From Candidatus Poribacteria bacterium (GTDB lineage: Bacteria; Poribacteria; WGA-4E; WGA-3G), in contig OZ251518.1 of the NCBI GenBank assembly GCA_965242965.1, forward strand, positions 768,001-832,000: a stretch of 64,000 bases of DNA. The letters run 5' to 3'. The notes under the pieces were generated by a model. The model made no database searches. It saw nothing but the letters and a program-made list of their open reading frames with translations, and was not told where the DNA came from. Within the stretch, counting starts at the first letter, position 1; each line of letters begins with the position of its first letter. Shown in pieces: positions 29,272 to 37,910 of the stretch. Both the position numbers and the translations under genes were made by a program.

Positions 29272-30358
29272 GCCGTGACTCGCCGACCCCCCCCTTCTTA
29301 ACGCGCGTTAATTGATTAGTGGGGGTTGCCAGATGGCGTTGGACGACAAGCGTGGAGAGCAACGCCACCGATTCCGGGCGCGTGTAGTAAGTCTTGATAA
29401 ACTTCCTATCCACAATTAGCCGTTGGAAGACAATGCCTGCCAATTCGTGGACTTGCGCTAAGCCTCTATCCACCAATTTTTGCGCGGTGTTCCGCAGCAG
29501 ATACAACACTCTACCGACGAGGCTATCGTCTGTCGCTAAGGCGAGGATGAGTTCATACGCGACATCGAAGATGGGACGGTAGTTCACTTTGCGAATGGTG
29601 TCCCATGCGACAAGGATGTCATCGGAGTTGAGTCGTTCTTCCACTGTCCGAAGTTGTCGGAGGGAAGGCACACGTTCCATTTCGGCGGTGCCGGCGAGTG
29701 TGCTTTGAAAGACAAAAGCGTTCGTGATAATCAGCATCGCCATCCGATACGTTTGTTCGCCTGCTTCTTGGTAGAGGATGCGCTGCACATTTTCGGCGAG
29801 GCCGGGGCGCGTCGCCGCAGCGGCGGCGAGGAGTGTGGCGGCTTCGTTCACGCCGTGCTCTAAATCGTAAGCGGCTTGGGCAACTCTGGCGTTCGGAATA
29901 GCACCGATGCGGATGGCTGTCGCGACATCGGTGAGCCCGCCTTTTGCCCAGCCTATCTTTGGAAAACGGTGGACATTCGCGTGTTCATCATCAAGGCTGA
30001 GGAGCACATAATGGAGTGCATCGGTTTGGCGGAGGCGCGCTTCCAATTCGCGATGCGATGTGAGCCGCAGTTCATGCGGCAAGCGCAACGCCATCGCGGT
30101 TGTCACCTGTTCATAAGAGGAGAGTTGTCTGCCCAAATGCGCCCGTGCCTGTGGTTCGCCGCTGAGGTTGTCGGCGTTCGGTTCGTCAATCTTCACCTCA
30201 ATGACGACAGGGTTTCTGCCGTCCTCTTTGACGGTAATATCCGGTCGTTGGCTTTCGCGCAGGAAGGTCTGCGTATCCTGCGGTTCTACATTCCATGCGC
30301 TGTGCATCTGTTCAAGGATGTCCACCAGTTTGCTGGTGATGGTATCTTCGTGTCGCAT
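29249..30358 (-). CDS. N-terminal part of the same RM enzyme (PD-(D/E)xK nuclease plus helical region), frameshifted
   Basis: RPDITV...IEVK nuclease motif, and HELAGIVFQRLIVDRKFIKTYYTRPES just before a G8 tract. Confidence 0.8.
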   Translation of the reverse strand: MRHEDTITSKLVDILEQMHSAWNVEPQDTQTFLRESQRPDITVKEDGRNPVVIEVKIDEPNADNLSGEPQARAHLGRQLSSYEQVTTAMALRLPHELRLTSHRELEARLRQTDALHYVLLSLDDEHANVHRFPKIGWAKGGLTDVATAIRIGAIPNARVAQAAYDLEHGVNEAATLLAAAAATRPGLAENVQRILYQEAGEQTYRMAMLIITNAFVFQSTLAGTAEMERVPSLRQLRTVEERLNSDDILVAWDTIRKVNYRPIFDVAYELILALATDDSLVGRVLYLLRNTAQKLVDRGLAQVHELAGIVFQRLIVDRKFIKTYYTRPESVALLSTLVVQRHLATPTNQLTRVKKGGVGESRRVALIRH

Positions 30359-30399
30359 GTAAGTTCTCCTATCTGTTTCAAATCATCTCCTTCCCTTGA

Positions 30400-30887
30400 C
30401 GTAGGGCGAGGGCCTGTCCCTCGTCGTGCGTTTTGCCGGCAGACTTCCTCACCCCTGTAGGTCAGGATCGCCTGATCCTGACCTGTTTGTGATCAGGCGA
30501 TCACAAACTACAGAAGGGGAAACACACATCGGGACGATGGAGATCGCGGGGGAAACCCGCTCGGATGCGCGTGGGGCATCCGAGGGCCCACGCGCTACGA
30601 TAAAAAACGCCCCCCCCTCACCGTAGGGCGAGGGCCTGTCCCTCGCCAGTGCTCGTGCACTCCAACGATCGCGGGGGACAGGCCCCCGCGCTACGATAAA
30701 AAAAACGCCGCCCCTCACCGTAGGGCGAGGGCCTGTCCCTCGCCATCGTTCACGCGCCAGGCCCTGTAGTTCAGGATCCCCTGATCCTGACCCGTTCGGG
30801 AGCGGGCGCTCCCGAACTACAGAGGTGGGGACGATGCGCCCCATCAAGGGGGGGATAACTACCGAAACGGATTTATGAAATACCCTC
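30400..30887. mobile_element. REP mosaic in the 5' region of the RM gene
   Basis: Multiple GTAG hairpins; terminus tttatgaaataccctc at about 30872-30887. Confidence 0.8.
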
Positions 30888-31021
30888 ATATAAATAGAAT
30901 ACCTTATCGCAGCGAATTTTGTCAAGAATTTTTGTAAAGATGCAGCATTTTTCCCTTGCACATTTACCACGCAATATGTTATGATAATTTCATCACAACT
31001 ACTGACAAGGAGAGAATGCAG

Positions 31022-31822
31022 ATGCAAAACGAACTCACCTCCGAACAAATCGCGTCTTATCGGGAAAACGGGTTTCTCGTCATCGAAAACTTTCTCGATG
31101 CAGACGAACTCGCCGAATGGCGACGATGCACCGATGAAGCTGTCACCGAACGACTCGGCAATTCTGTCGAGTTTATGACGAACCAGATGGATGCGAAGCA
31201 GTTTTATGCGCGCGTCTTTACGCAATGCCTCCGTCTCGCAGATACGCACGCCGGCATGCGCACCCTAGTCTATGATTCAAAACTTGGCCGCATGGCGACG
31301 CAACTCGCTGGCGTTGACGGGATGCGGATATGGCACGATCAGGCGTTGATTAAACCGCCGCACGGTAACCCCACCGCTTGGCACCTCGATGTCCCTTACT
31401 GGTCCTTCGACTCGCGGGACACGCTCTCGTTTTGGATGGCGTTAGACGATGCGACGCTGGCGAACGGCTGTATGTGGTATCTCCCCGGCACGCACAAAAC
31501 GGCGCGGTTTGATAACGTCGGCATCGGTGTGAACATCGGCGAACTGTTTACAGTCTATCCGGAATGGAAGCAGATCGAACCGCAGGCGGCACCTTGCCCG
31601 GCCGGGTCACTTGTGTGGCATAACGGTTTAACGGCACACGGCGCGGGCGCGAACATGACGCTCGCGCACCGCAGAGCGATGACCTGCGGCTTCATGCCCG
31701 ATGGATGCACTTTCAACGGGAAGAAGAACATCCTCCCCGAAGACTACTTTAACTCGCTTGAAATCGGAGACGTGCTTGACAATGATACGCAGAATCCGCT
31801 TGTCTGGCACAACAATTGGTAG
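31022..31822 (+). CDS. Phytanoyl-CoA dioxygenase family (PhyH) protein
   Basis: YRENGFLV, WHLD (HxD), WMALDDA..NGCM..PGTH and HGAGAN motifs. AAGGAG SD. Confidence 0.92.
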   Translation: MQNELTSEQIASYRENGFLVIENFLDADELAEWRRCTDEAVTERLGNSVEFMTNQMDAKQFYARVFTQCLRLADTHAGMRTLVYDSKLGRMATQLAGVDGMRIWHDQALIKPPHGNPTAWHLDVPYWSFDSRDTLSFWMALDDATLANGCMWYLPGTHKTARFDNVGIGVNIGELFTVYPEWKQIEPQAAPCPAGSLVWHNGLTAHGAGANMTLAHRRAMTCGFMPDGCTFNGKKNILPEDYFNSLEIGDVLDNDTQNPLVWHNNW

Positions 31823-31903
31823 GCGCAATCACTCCTACCGAAGCATCTGTTGCGCGGGATACCCAGTCTCGCCAACTACGAACGATTGGAGAATTCATAG
31901 ATT

Positions 31904-33301
31904 ATGGGAACAAAACATCCGAATATTGTCTTGATGGGCGTTGACTCGCTGCTCGCCACGCACATGAGCTGCTACGGGTATCACCGCCTGACGACACCGC
32001 ACATCGATAGATTCGCGCAAGGCGGAACGCTTTTTGAGCGAACCTACAGCCCCCACATCCCGACGACAAGTGCTTATGCCTCGATGCTGACAGGCATGGA
32101 TACTTTTGGCACGCAGGTTGTCGCATTACGGCACCAAGGGCCCCTCCGCGCAGATGTGAAAACGTTGGCGGAGATGCTGAAGGAAGCGGGTTACAATACC
32201 AGTTGCATCGGTTTCGGCGGACCGAGTTCGCGCGGGTTTGATACGTATCTCAACTACGCAGGTTGGGGTGGTGACGACACAGGCCGCAGTCCGAAAGCGC
32301 AGAACCTCAACAACGTCGCTGTGCCGGAACTGAATCGGCTGGTTGCTGAGAACGATGAGAAACCGTTTTTCTTGTTTCTGCGGCACATGGATCCGCACTC
32401 TCCCTATTTGCCGCCCGCGCCTTATGAACGGATGTTCTACCACGGCGACGAGCTCGACCCGAGCAATAAATCGATGGAACCGGTGATGTCCTTCAAGCCA
32501 TTTTGCGATTACTTCGCTTCGTGGATGCCGGTGGGCATTACGGATAAGGACTACGTCATCGCGCAGTATGACGGCGCGATTGCCTATATGGATGCCTGCA
32601 TTCAGACGCTTTTCAACGCACTGGAAGCGCACGGTATCATGGACGAGACTATCGTTGTTATCAACGGGGACCACGGTGAAACCCTGTATGACCACGAATG
32701 TTGGTTTGACCATCACGGGCTCTACGATGTCACGTTACACGTCCCACTGATCATCCGCTATCCGGGGCGCGTGCCTGCCGGCCAGAGGGTCGCGGGCTAT
32801 AACCAACACAAGGACTTGGTGCCGACGCTCCTTGAATTGGCAGACGTTGAAACCGACATCGCGTTTGATGGCGATAACCTCATGGCGATGGTAAATGGAG
32901 AAGTCGCTTCGTTTGACAGCGAGTTTTACATCACGGAATGCACATGGATGCGGAAGCACGGCTGGCGCACGCCCGAATGGAAACTCATCGTCGCGCTGGA
33001 GCCGGATTTCCATTTCAAACCGCCGGTGGAACTCTATAATTTAATCCAAGATCCGGATGAGAACAATAACGTCGTTGAGGCGCATCCGGATATCGTCAAC
33101 CTGCTAGAGACGCGGATGAAAAATTGGATCCTCCGGCGCGAACGGGAGACCGGTTTAACCAACCCGATTATGACGCAGGGCGATTGGCATGGACATAAAG
33201 GTGTCGGCCCGTTTAAGTCTTCGGAGCAGGCTTACAATACGATGCACATCGGGAATCCGGGCGAGGCGGCAAAATTGCAAGCCAAATCCCGCGACGAGTG
33301 A
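31904..33301 (+). CDS. Sulfatase-like hydrolase (alkaline phosphatase superfamily)
   Basis: PNIVLMGVDS, TPHID, DPHSPY, YDGAI, GDHGE, HVPLII and ELYNL..DPDE. The active-site signature is atypical. Confidence 0.9.
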   Translation: MGTKHPNIVLMGVDSLLATHMSCYGYHRLTTPHIDRFAQGGTLFERTYSPHIPTTSAYASMLTGMDTFGTQVVALRHQGPLRADVKTLAEMLKEAGYNTSCIGFGGPSSRGFDTYLNYAGWGGDDTGRSPKAQNLNNVAVPELNRLVAENDEKPFFLFLRHMDPHSPYLPPAPYERMFYHGDELDPSNKSMEPVMSFKPFCDYFASWMPVGITDKDYVIAQYDGAIAYMDACIQTLFNALEAHGIMDETIVVINGDHGETLYDHECWFDHHGLYDVTLHVPLIIRYPGRVPAGQRVAGYNQHKDLVPTLLELADVETDIAFDGDNLMAMVNGEVASFDSEFYITECTWMRKHGWRTPEWKLIVALEPDFHFKPPVELYNLIQDPDENNNVVEAHPDIVNLLETRMKNWILRRERETGLTNPIMTQGDWHGHKGVGPFKSSEQAYNTMHIGNPGEAAKLQAKSRDE

Positions 33302-33368
33302 TGAGAGAACGGACGCGGTAGGCACTGTTTGCAAGCGCGCCTACCGGTGGAGAATATGGAGATACACT

Positions 33369-34190
33369 ATGCCAGATTATACCAGAACCCGGGTTTTATC
33401 CCGTCTTCGGCGGGAGTTAGGCAAGGGGAAATCGCTCCTCGCTGTCGGTGCGGGGACAGGGATTACCGCCAAATTCGCTGAACAAGGCGGCGCAGACCTC
33501 ATCGTGATTTACAATTCCGGCCGGTATCGGATGTCCGGCTTCGGTTCATGCGCCGGGCTGTTGGCATACGGCGATGCCAACGCCATCGTCATGGAGATGG
33601 GCGAACGCGAGGTGCTGCCTGTCGTCAAAGAGACCCCGGTTATCGCCGGTGTCAACGGGACAGACCCGACGCGTCGGATGAGCAACTTCCTCAAGCAGGT
33701 GCGCGATGTCGGTTTTGATGGAGTCAACAACTTTCCGACTGTCGGTGTGATTGACGGCACGTTCCGGCAGACGCTTGAAGAAACCGGCATGGGCTTCTAC
33801 AAAGAGGTTGAGATGATTGGCACGGCGCACGAGATGGATATGTTCACCATTGTCTACGTCTTCAACCCGACAGAGGCAGAGAACATGGCGGCGGCTGGCG
33901 CGGATGTCGTCATCGCGCACATGGGCACGACGGTGGGCGGCACCATCGGTGCGGAGACGGCGTTCACGCTGGAGGATGCGGCGGTGCGCGTGCAAGAAAT
34001 CTGTGACGCGGCGAAGGCACAGAATCCTGATGTCTTATGTATGTCGCACGGCGGTCCTATTTCAACGGCACCGGAAGCGGCGTTTATCAATGAGAAGACA
34101 GATACGGTAGGTTTCGTCGGTGCTTCCAGCATCGAGCGGTTCGCGTGCGAGGAGAGTATCCCGCGGGTGACTGCTTCGTTTAAGGCGTAG
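33369..34190 (+). CDS. Phosphoenolpyruvate hydrolase-like TIM-barrel protein
   Basis: GAGTGITAK, YNSGRYRM, NFPTVG, HGGPI and GASSIER motifs. Confidence 0.9.
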   Translation: MPDYTRTRVLSRLRRELGKGKSLLAVGAGTGITAKFAEQGGADLIVIYNSGRYRMSGFGSCAGLLAYGDANAIVMEMGEREVLPVVKETPVIAGVNGTDPTRRMSNFLKQVRDVGFDGVNNFPTVGVIDGTFRQTLEETGMGFYKEVEMIGTAHEMDMFTIVYVFNPTEAENMAAAGADVVIAHMGTTVGGTIGAETAFTLEDAAVRVQEICDAAKAQNPDVLCMSHGGPISTAPEAAFINEKTDTVGFVGASSIERFACEESIPRVTASFKA

Positions 34191-34349
34191 GATGTCGGAC
34201 ATCCCTACGTCAGCGGGAGCTCCTTTTACCGTAGGGCGAGGGCCTGTCCCTCACCAGAGCGTGCCGTCTATGACGTAGGGCGAGGGCCTGTCCCTCGCCA
34301 GAGCGTTCTGATTTTTGCATTTCCGCCGAGGATATGTTATACTAAAAAT

Positions 34350-34636
34350 GAGGATGTTTCATAACTCGCTCAACGTCGCGGTGGCAGGTTGCGACGCGAG
34401 GGACAGGCCCTCGCGCTACGGTGAAAAAAACGCCGCCCCCTCACGTAGGGCGGGGGCCTGTCCCCCGCCATCGCTCGCGCGCCAGGTTCTGTAGGTCAGG
34501 ATCGCCTGATCCTGACCCGTTCGGGAGCGGGCGCTCCCGAACTACAGAGGTGGGCCCGATGCGCCGCCCCGAGGGGGATAAATTACAGAGGTGGGCCCGA
34601 TGCGCCCCCAAGGGGGATAAATTTATGAAACACCCT
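34350..34636. mobile_element. MITE-like REP mosaic directly after a promoter (TTGCAT-17-TATACT, 34315-34343)
   Basis: gaggatgtttcataa ... ttatgaaacaccctt ends; near-copy at 37636-37874. Confidence 0.8.
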
Positions 34637-34673
34637 TCATTTAAAATAACAACCTTGAAAGATTCGGAAAAAG

Positions 34674-35000
34674 ATGATTATTGAGATACTTTTGGCGGTA
34701 ATTTTTCAAATTTACGCCTGCGTTACTCTTTTCGGCATGCTCGGGTTCTTTTGGCTGCTATTTCACGTATTGAGAGGTAATGGCGAGGCATATCTTGCGC
34801 GCAGTCCGAAAACGCGCTTCGTCGTTCGCAACTGGAAGCCTTGTCTCTTCGGCTACATGGCCGTTGGCGTAGCCATCGGTCCCGTGCAACGGTGGCACGT
34901 TTACGTCCTTATTGGCACGCTCGTCTTTTGGGCAATGCTTATCGTTCATCGGTGGGTAATAGACACTCACTCCGACGATGACGATGAACTATCCGGTTAA
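34674..35000 (+). CDS. Small hypothetical membrane protein (about 3 TM, acidic tail)
   Basis: Hydrophobic segments; layout resembles 37169-37486. Confidence 0.6.
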   Translation: MIIEILLAVIFQIYACVTLFGMLGFFWLLFHVLRGNGEAYLARSPKTRFVVRNWKPCLFGYMAVGVAIGPVQRWHVYVLIGTLVFWAMLIVHRWVIDTHSDDDDELSG

Positions 35001-35024
35001 CGAAGTTAACCAAGGATAACTGGA

Positions 35025-36680
35025 ATGCTCATAATTCCTGAACTGAATAGCCTCCACTACGGAGACAATCTGAGCGTCATGCGCCAATGGAAAAGCGGCT
35101 TTGTCCAAGCGGTATACGCCGATCCGCCGTTCAACTCCAAGCGGCAATACAATCAACTTTACGAAATTGATGTGGCAAACAAAAGCACCCGTTCCGCATC
35201 ACTCAAAGCGTTTGACGATACCTGGTCCTGGGGGCCTGATGCGCAAGAGCGCGTTGAGAGACTGACTGCCGATAAAGATTCGCCTTACTATCAGGTGTTC
35301 AATGGACTTTGGACGCTTCTCGGCGGCTGCAATATGATGGCGTATCTCAGCTACATGGGTGAACGGCTGATTGAGGTGAAACGCCTCCTCACACCGACCG
35401 GCAGTGTTTATTTGCACTGCGATCAGTCTGCTAGCCATGGGCTGAGGTTCCTCATGGACGGTATCTTTGGCGCGAAAAACTTCCGCGCCGAGATTATCTG
35501 GAAGCGGCACGGCGCGCATAACGATAAACTCTACGGGACTATTCACGACACGATTCTCTATTACAGTTATGGAGATAGGACTATCCGTGACGAGGTTCTT
35601 CTCCCTTTAAGTCCTGAAAGAATCAAAACCGGATACCGTTATTCAGACGAACATGGGAAATATGCCCGCGACGGGTTAACTGCGCCTGGTGCCACCGAAG
35701 GTGAATCGGGACAGCCGTGGCGCGGCATTAGCCCTGGGTATCGCCACTGGTCTCCACCACGAACGGGGAAATATGCTGTCTACATTGAGGAGGTGTTCAT
35801 CCCGAATTACCGTAGCATTAAGGGTGTCCATGCGCGGTTAGATGCATTAGATGAGGCAGGGCTCATTTACTGGCCGCCGAACGGCGGAAAACCACAACTC
35901 AAGCGGTATCTTCTCCCGAATGCAGGGCAACCGCCGCAAAGCATCTGGGACGATATTTCGCAGGTGAAAGGGAAGGAGTCACTCGGCTATAACACGCAGA
36001 AACCGCTGGCACTCTTGGATCGGATTATCAAGGCATCGACTGAACCGGGTGACGTGGTGCTGGATCCCTTCTGTGGATGTGGCACGACTGTCGCGGCAGC
36101 GGATGCGCTTGGCAGAAAGTGGCTCGGCATTGACATTAATCCGAGTGCGTTGGATGTCATCATGACGAACCGCTTCCCCGGTCAGGATATTCCGACTTAC
36201 GGTATCCCCGAAGATTTGGCGAGTGCGAAGCGGCTTGCGCGTTCAAACCGTCGGCACTTCGAGATTTGGGCGATTCAGCGCATCCCGGGCATCGCGCCGA
36301 ACGAAAAAGGCGGCGCGGATAGGGGAATTGACGGGAGAGGCAGAACGGTAGAAACGCCAGATGAAGACTACTCCAACGTGGTCCTCGCGCAGGTGAAAAG
36401 TGGGAAGTTCTCGCTCAGTCAGTTACGTGACTTCCTTTATGTGATGCAGCGCGAAAACGCCTCGATGGGTGTCTATTTGACGCTGGAAGATGTCACCTCT
36501 AAAGAGGCACAAAACGAGGTGATGGAATTTGGCAGGGTGACTATCGGGACAGATGTCTATCCGCGGGTGCAACTCTATTCGATCTCGGCGTTTTTCCACG
36601 GCAAGCATCTGGCGATGCCGGCGATGATTAATCCGTATACCGGCAAACCGCTCACGCGCGTGTTGTCGTTCGATTTTTAA
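35025..36680 (+). CDS. Site-specific DNA methyltransferase (beta class) fused to a C-terminal Mrr-like endonuclease domain
   Basis: GDNL, DPPF, YLHCD, TQKP..LL.RII and DPFCGCGT. C-terminal DRGIDG...QVKSG. Confidence 0.9.
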   Translation: MLIIPELNSLHYGDNLSVMRQWKSGFVQAVYADPPFNSKRQYNQLYEIDVANKSTRSASLKAFDDTWSWGPDAQERVERLTADKDSPYYQVFNGLWTLLGGCNMMAYLSYMGERLIEVKRLLTPTGSVYLHCDQSASHGLRFLMDGIFGAKNFRAEIIWKRHGAHNDKLYGTIHDTILYYSYGDRTIRDEVLLPLSPERIKTGYRYSDEHGKYARDGLTAPGATEGESGQPWRGISPGYRHWSPPRTGKYAVYIEEVFIPNYRSIKGVHARLDALDEAGLIYWPPNGGKPQLKRYLLPNAGQPPQSIWDDISQVKGKESLGYNTQKPLALLDRIIKASTEPGDVVLDPFCGCGTTVAAADALGRKWLGIDINPSALDVIMTNRFPGQDIPTYGIPEDLASAKRLARSNRRHFEIWAIQRIPGIAPNEKGGADRGIDGRGRTVETPDEDYSNVVLAQVKSGKFSLSQLRDFLYVMQRENASMGVYLTLEDVTSKEAQNEVMEFGRVTIGTDVYPRVQLYSISAFFHGKHLAMPAMINPYTGKPLTRVLSFDF

Positions 36681-36744
36681 ATTCTCTAGTTACGCCGACA
36701 GAAAACGTGCATGCGTCGCCACGCGCCAGCACACTCTAAACACT

Positions 36745-37146
36745 ATGGAAACGAAACTCTATTTCGCATACGGCATGAATCTCAACCATGCTCACATGGC
36801 AACCGCTTGTCCAACGGCGGTACCTATCGGTGCCCGAAAGATTCAGGGATATCGCCTCGTTTTTCGGCGGTATGCCGACATCGTTGAATCTGAGGAGGAC
36901 TGCGTCTTGGGCGGCTGTTGGGAGATAGATGCCGCCGCCGAATACGTGTTAGATGGCATTGAAGGTTATCCGTTTCTTTACCGCAAATTGGTAATCGACG
37001 GGATGATGGTTTATCAAATGAATGAGTCAGGCCACCCTGAGATGGAACCCGCGCCGCACTATTTAGCGATGATCCGGGAGGGGTTAGCCGACTTCGATTT
37101 ACCGACGGAGACGTTGGAGCAAAACTTAGGCAAAGGGCGCGCTTAA
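36745..37146 (+). CDS. Gamma-glutamylcyclotransferase family protein
   Basis: YFAYGMNL and LDGIEGYP.LY motifs. Confidence 0.85.
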   Translation: METKLYFAYGMNLNHAHMATACPTAVPIGARKIQGYRLVFRRYADIVESEEDCVLGGCWEIDAAAEYVLDGIEGYPFLYRKLVIDGMMVYQMNESGHPEMEPAPHYLAMIREGLADFDLPTETLEQNLGKGRA

Positions 37147-37168
37147 GAAGCGCGTCTAAAGGAGCGCA

Positions 37169-37486
37169 ATGTTTTTCACTATCCTTTCCTACATTTGCAT
37201 GGGCTATGCCACGCTCGTTATCCTATGCCTTCTTTATCTCGGAGTCAACTTCTACTTCGGGAGTGAGGAAAAAATCCGCCGGAGTTGGCTGTTCCGGTTC
37301 TTCGCGCGCTATTTCAAATTGATCCTCGGTATCAATCTGGTTCTTGCCGCCGTGACAGGGAGGTTTGGGTGGTTCGAGGTATTTCTCCTCTTATTTGCCG
37401 TCGTTTTTTACGGGTTGTGCATCTTGGGAGATGGGTATCTGGAACGGCTGGAAAAGAAGAACGACCCGGGTAATGATGATTATTGA
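37169..37486 (+). CDS. Small hypothetical membrane protein (about 3 TM, acidic tail)
   Basis: AAGGAG SD and hydrophobic segments. Confidence 0.65.
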   Translation: MFFTILSYICMGYATLVILCLLYLGVNFYFGSEEKIRRSWLFRFFARYFKLILGINLVLAAVTGRFGWFEVFLLLFAVVFYGLCILGDGYLERLEKKNDPGNDDY

Positions 37487-37635
37487 CAAGCATCGAGACC
37501 GGTAGGCGGGACATCCTTGTCCCGATAGGTGCATCAACAAAACGCATCGAGACCAGGAGGGCTCTCTTACGGGGAGGGCTCTGTAAACGGTGGCTTTTTG
37601 GTTGCATCTTCTCGGCGGAGATGTTATACTTATAT

Positions 37636-37874
37636 GAGGGTATTTCATAAATGGCTCAACGTCGCGGAGGACAGGCCCCCGCGCTACGGTAAAAAAACGC
37701 CGCCCCTCACCGTAGGGCGAGGGCCTGTCCCTCGCCATGCGTTTTGGTGTCAGACCGCATCACTCCTGTAGGTCAGGATCGCCTGATCCTGACCCGTTCG
37801 GGAGCGGGCGCTCCCGAACTACAGAGGTGAGCCCGATGCGCCCCCCAAGGGGGATAAATTTATGAAACACCCTC
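37636..37874. mobile_element. MITE-like REP mosaic in the purL leader, after a promoter (TTGCAT-17-TATACT, 37602-37630)
   Basis: GAGGGTATTTCATAAAT ... ATTTATGAAACACCCTC ends. Confidence 0.8.
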
Positions 37875-37910
37875 AACGTTAATTCCTCTCGTTAAAAAGC
37901 GGAGAAGCCG

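Noticed and set aside
30449-31249. Long antisense ORFs (also 7037-8056, 5804-6619, 56321-56992, 63308-63976)
   Set aside because: They are shadows of well-supported genes on the opposite strand in GC-rich DNA.
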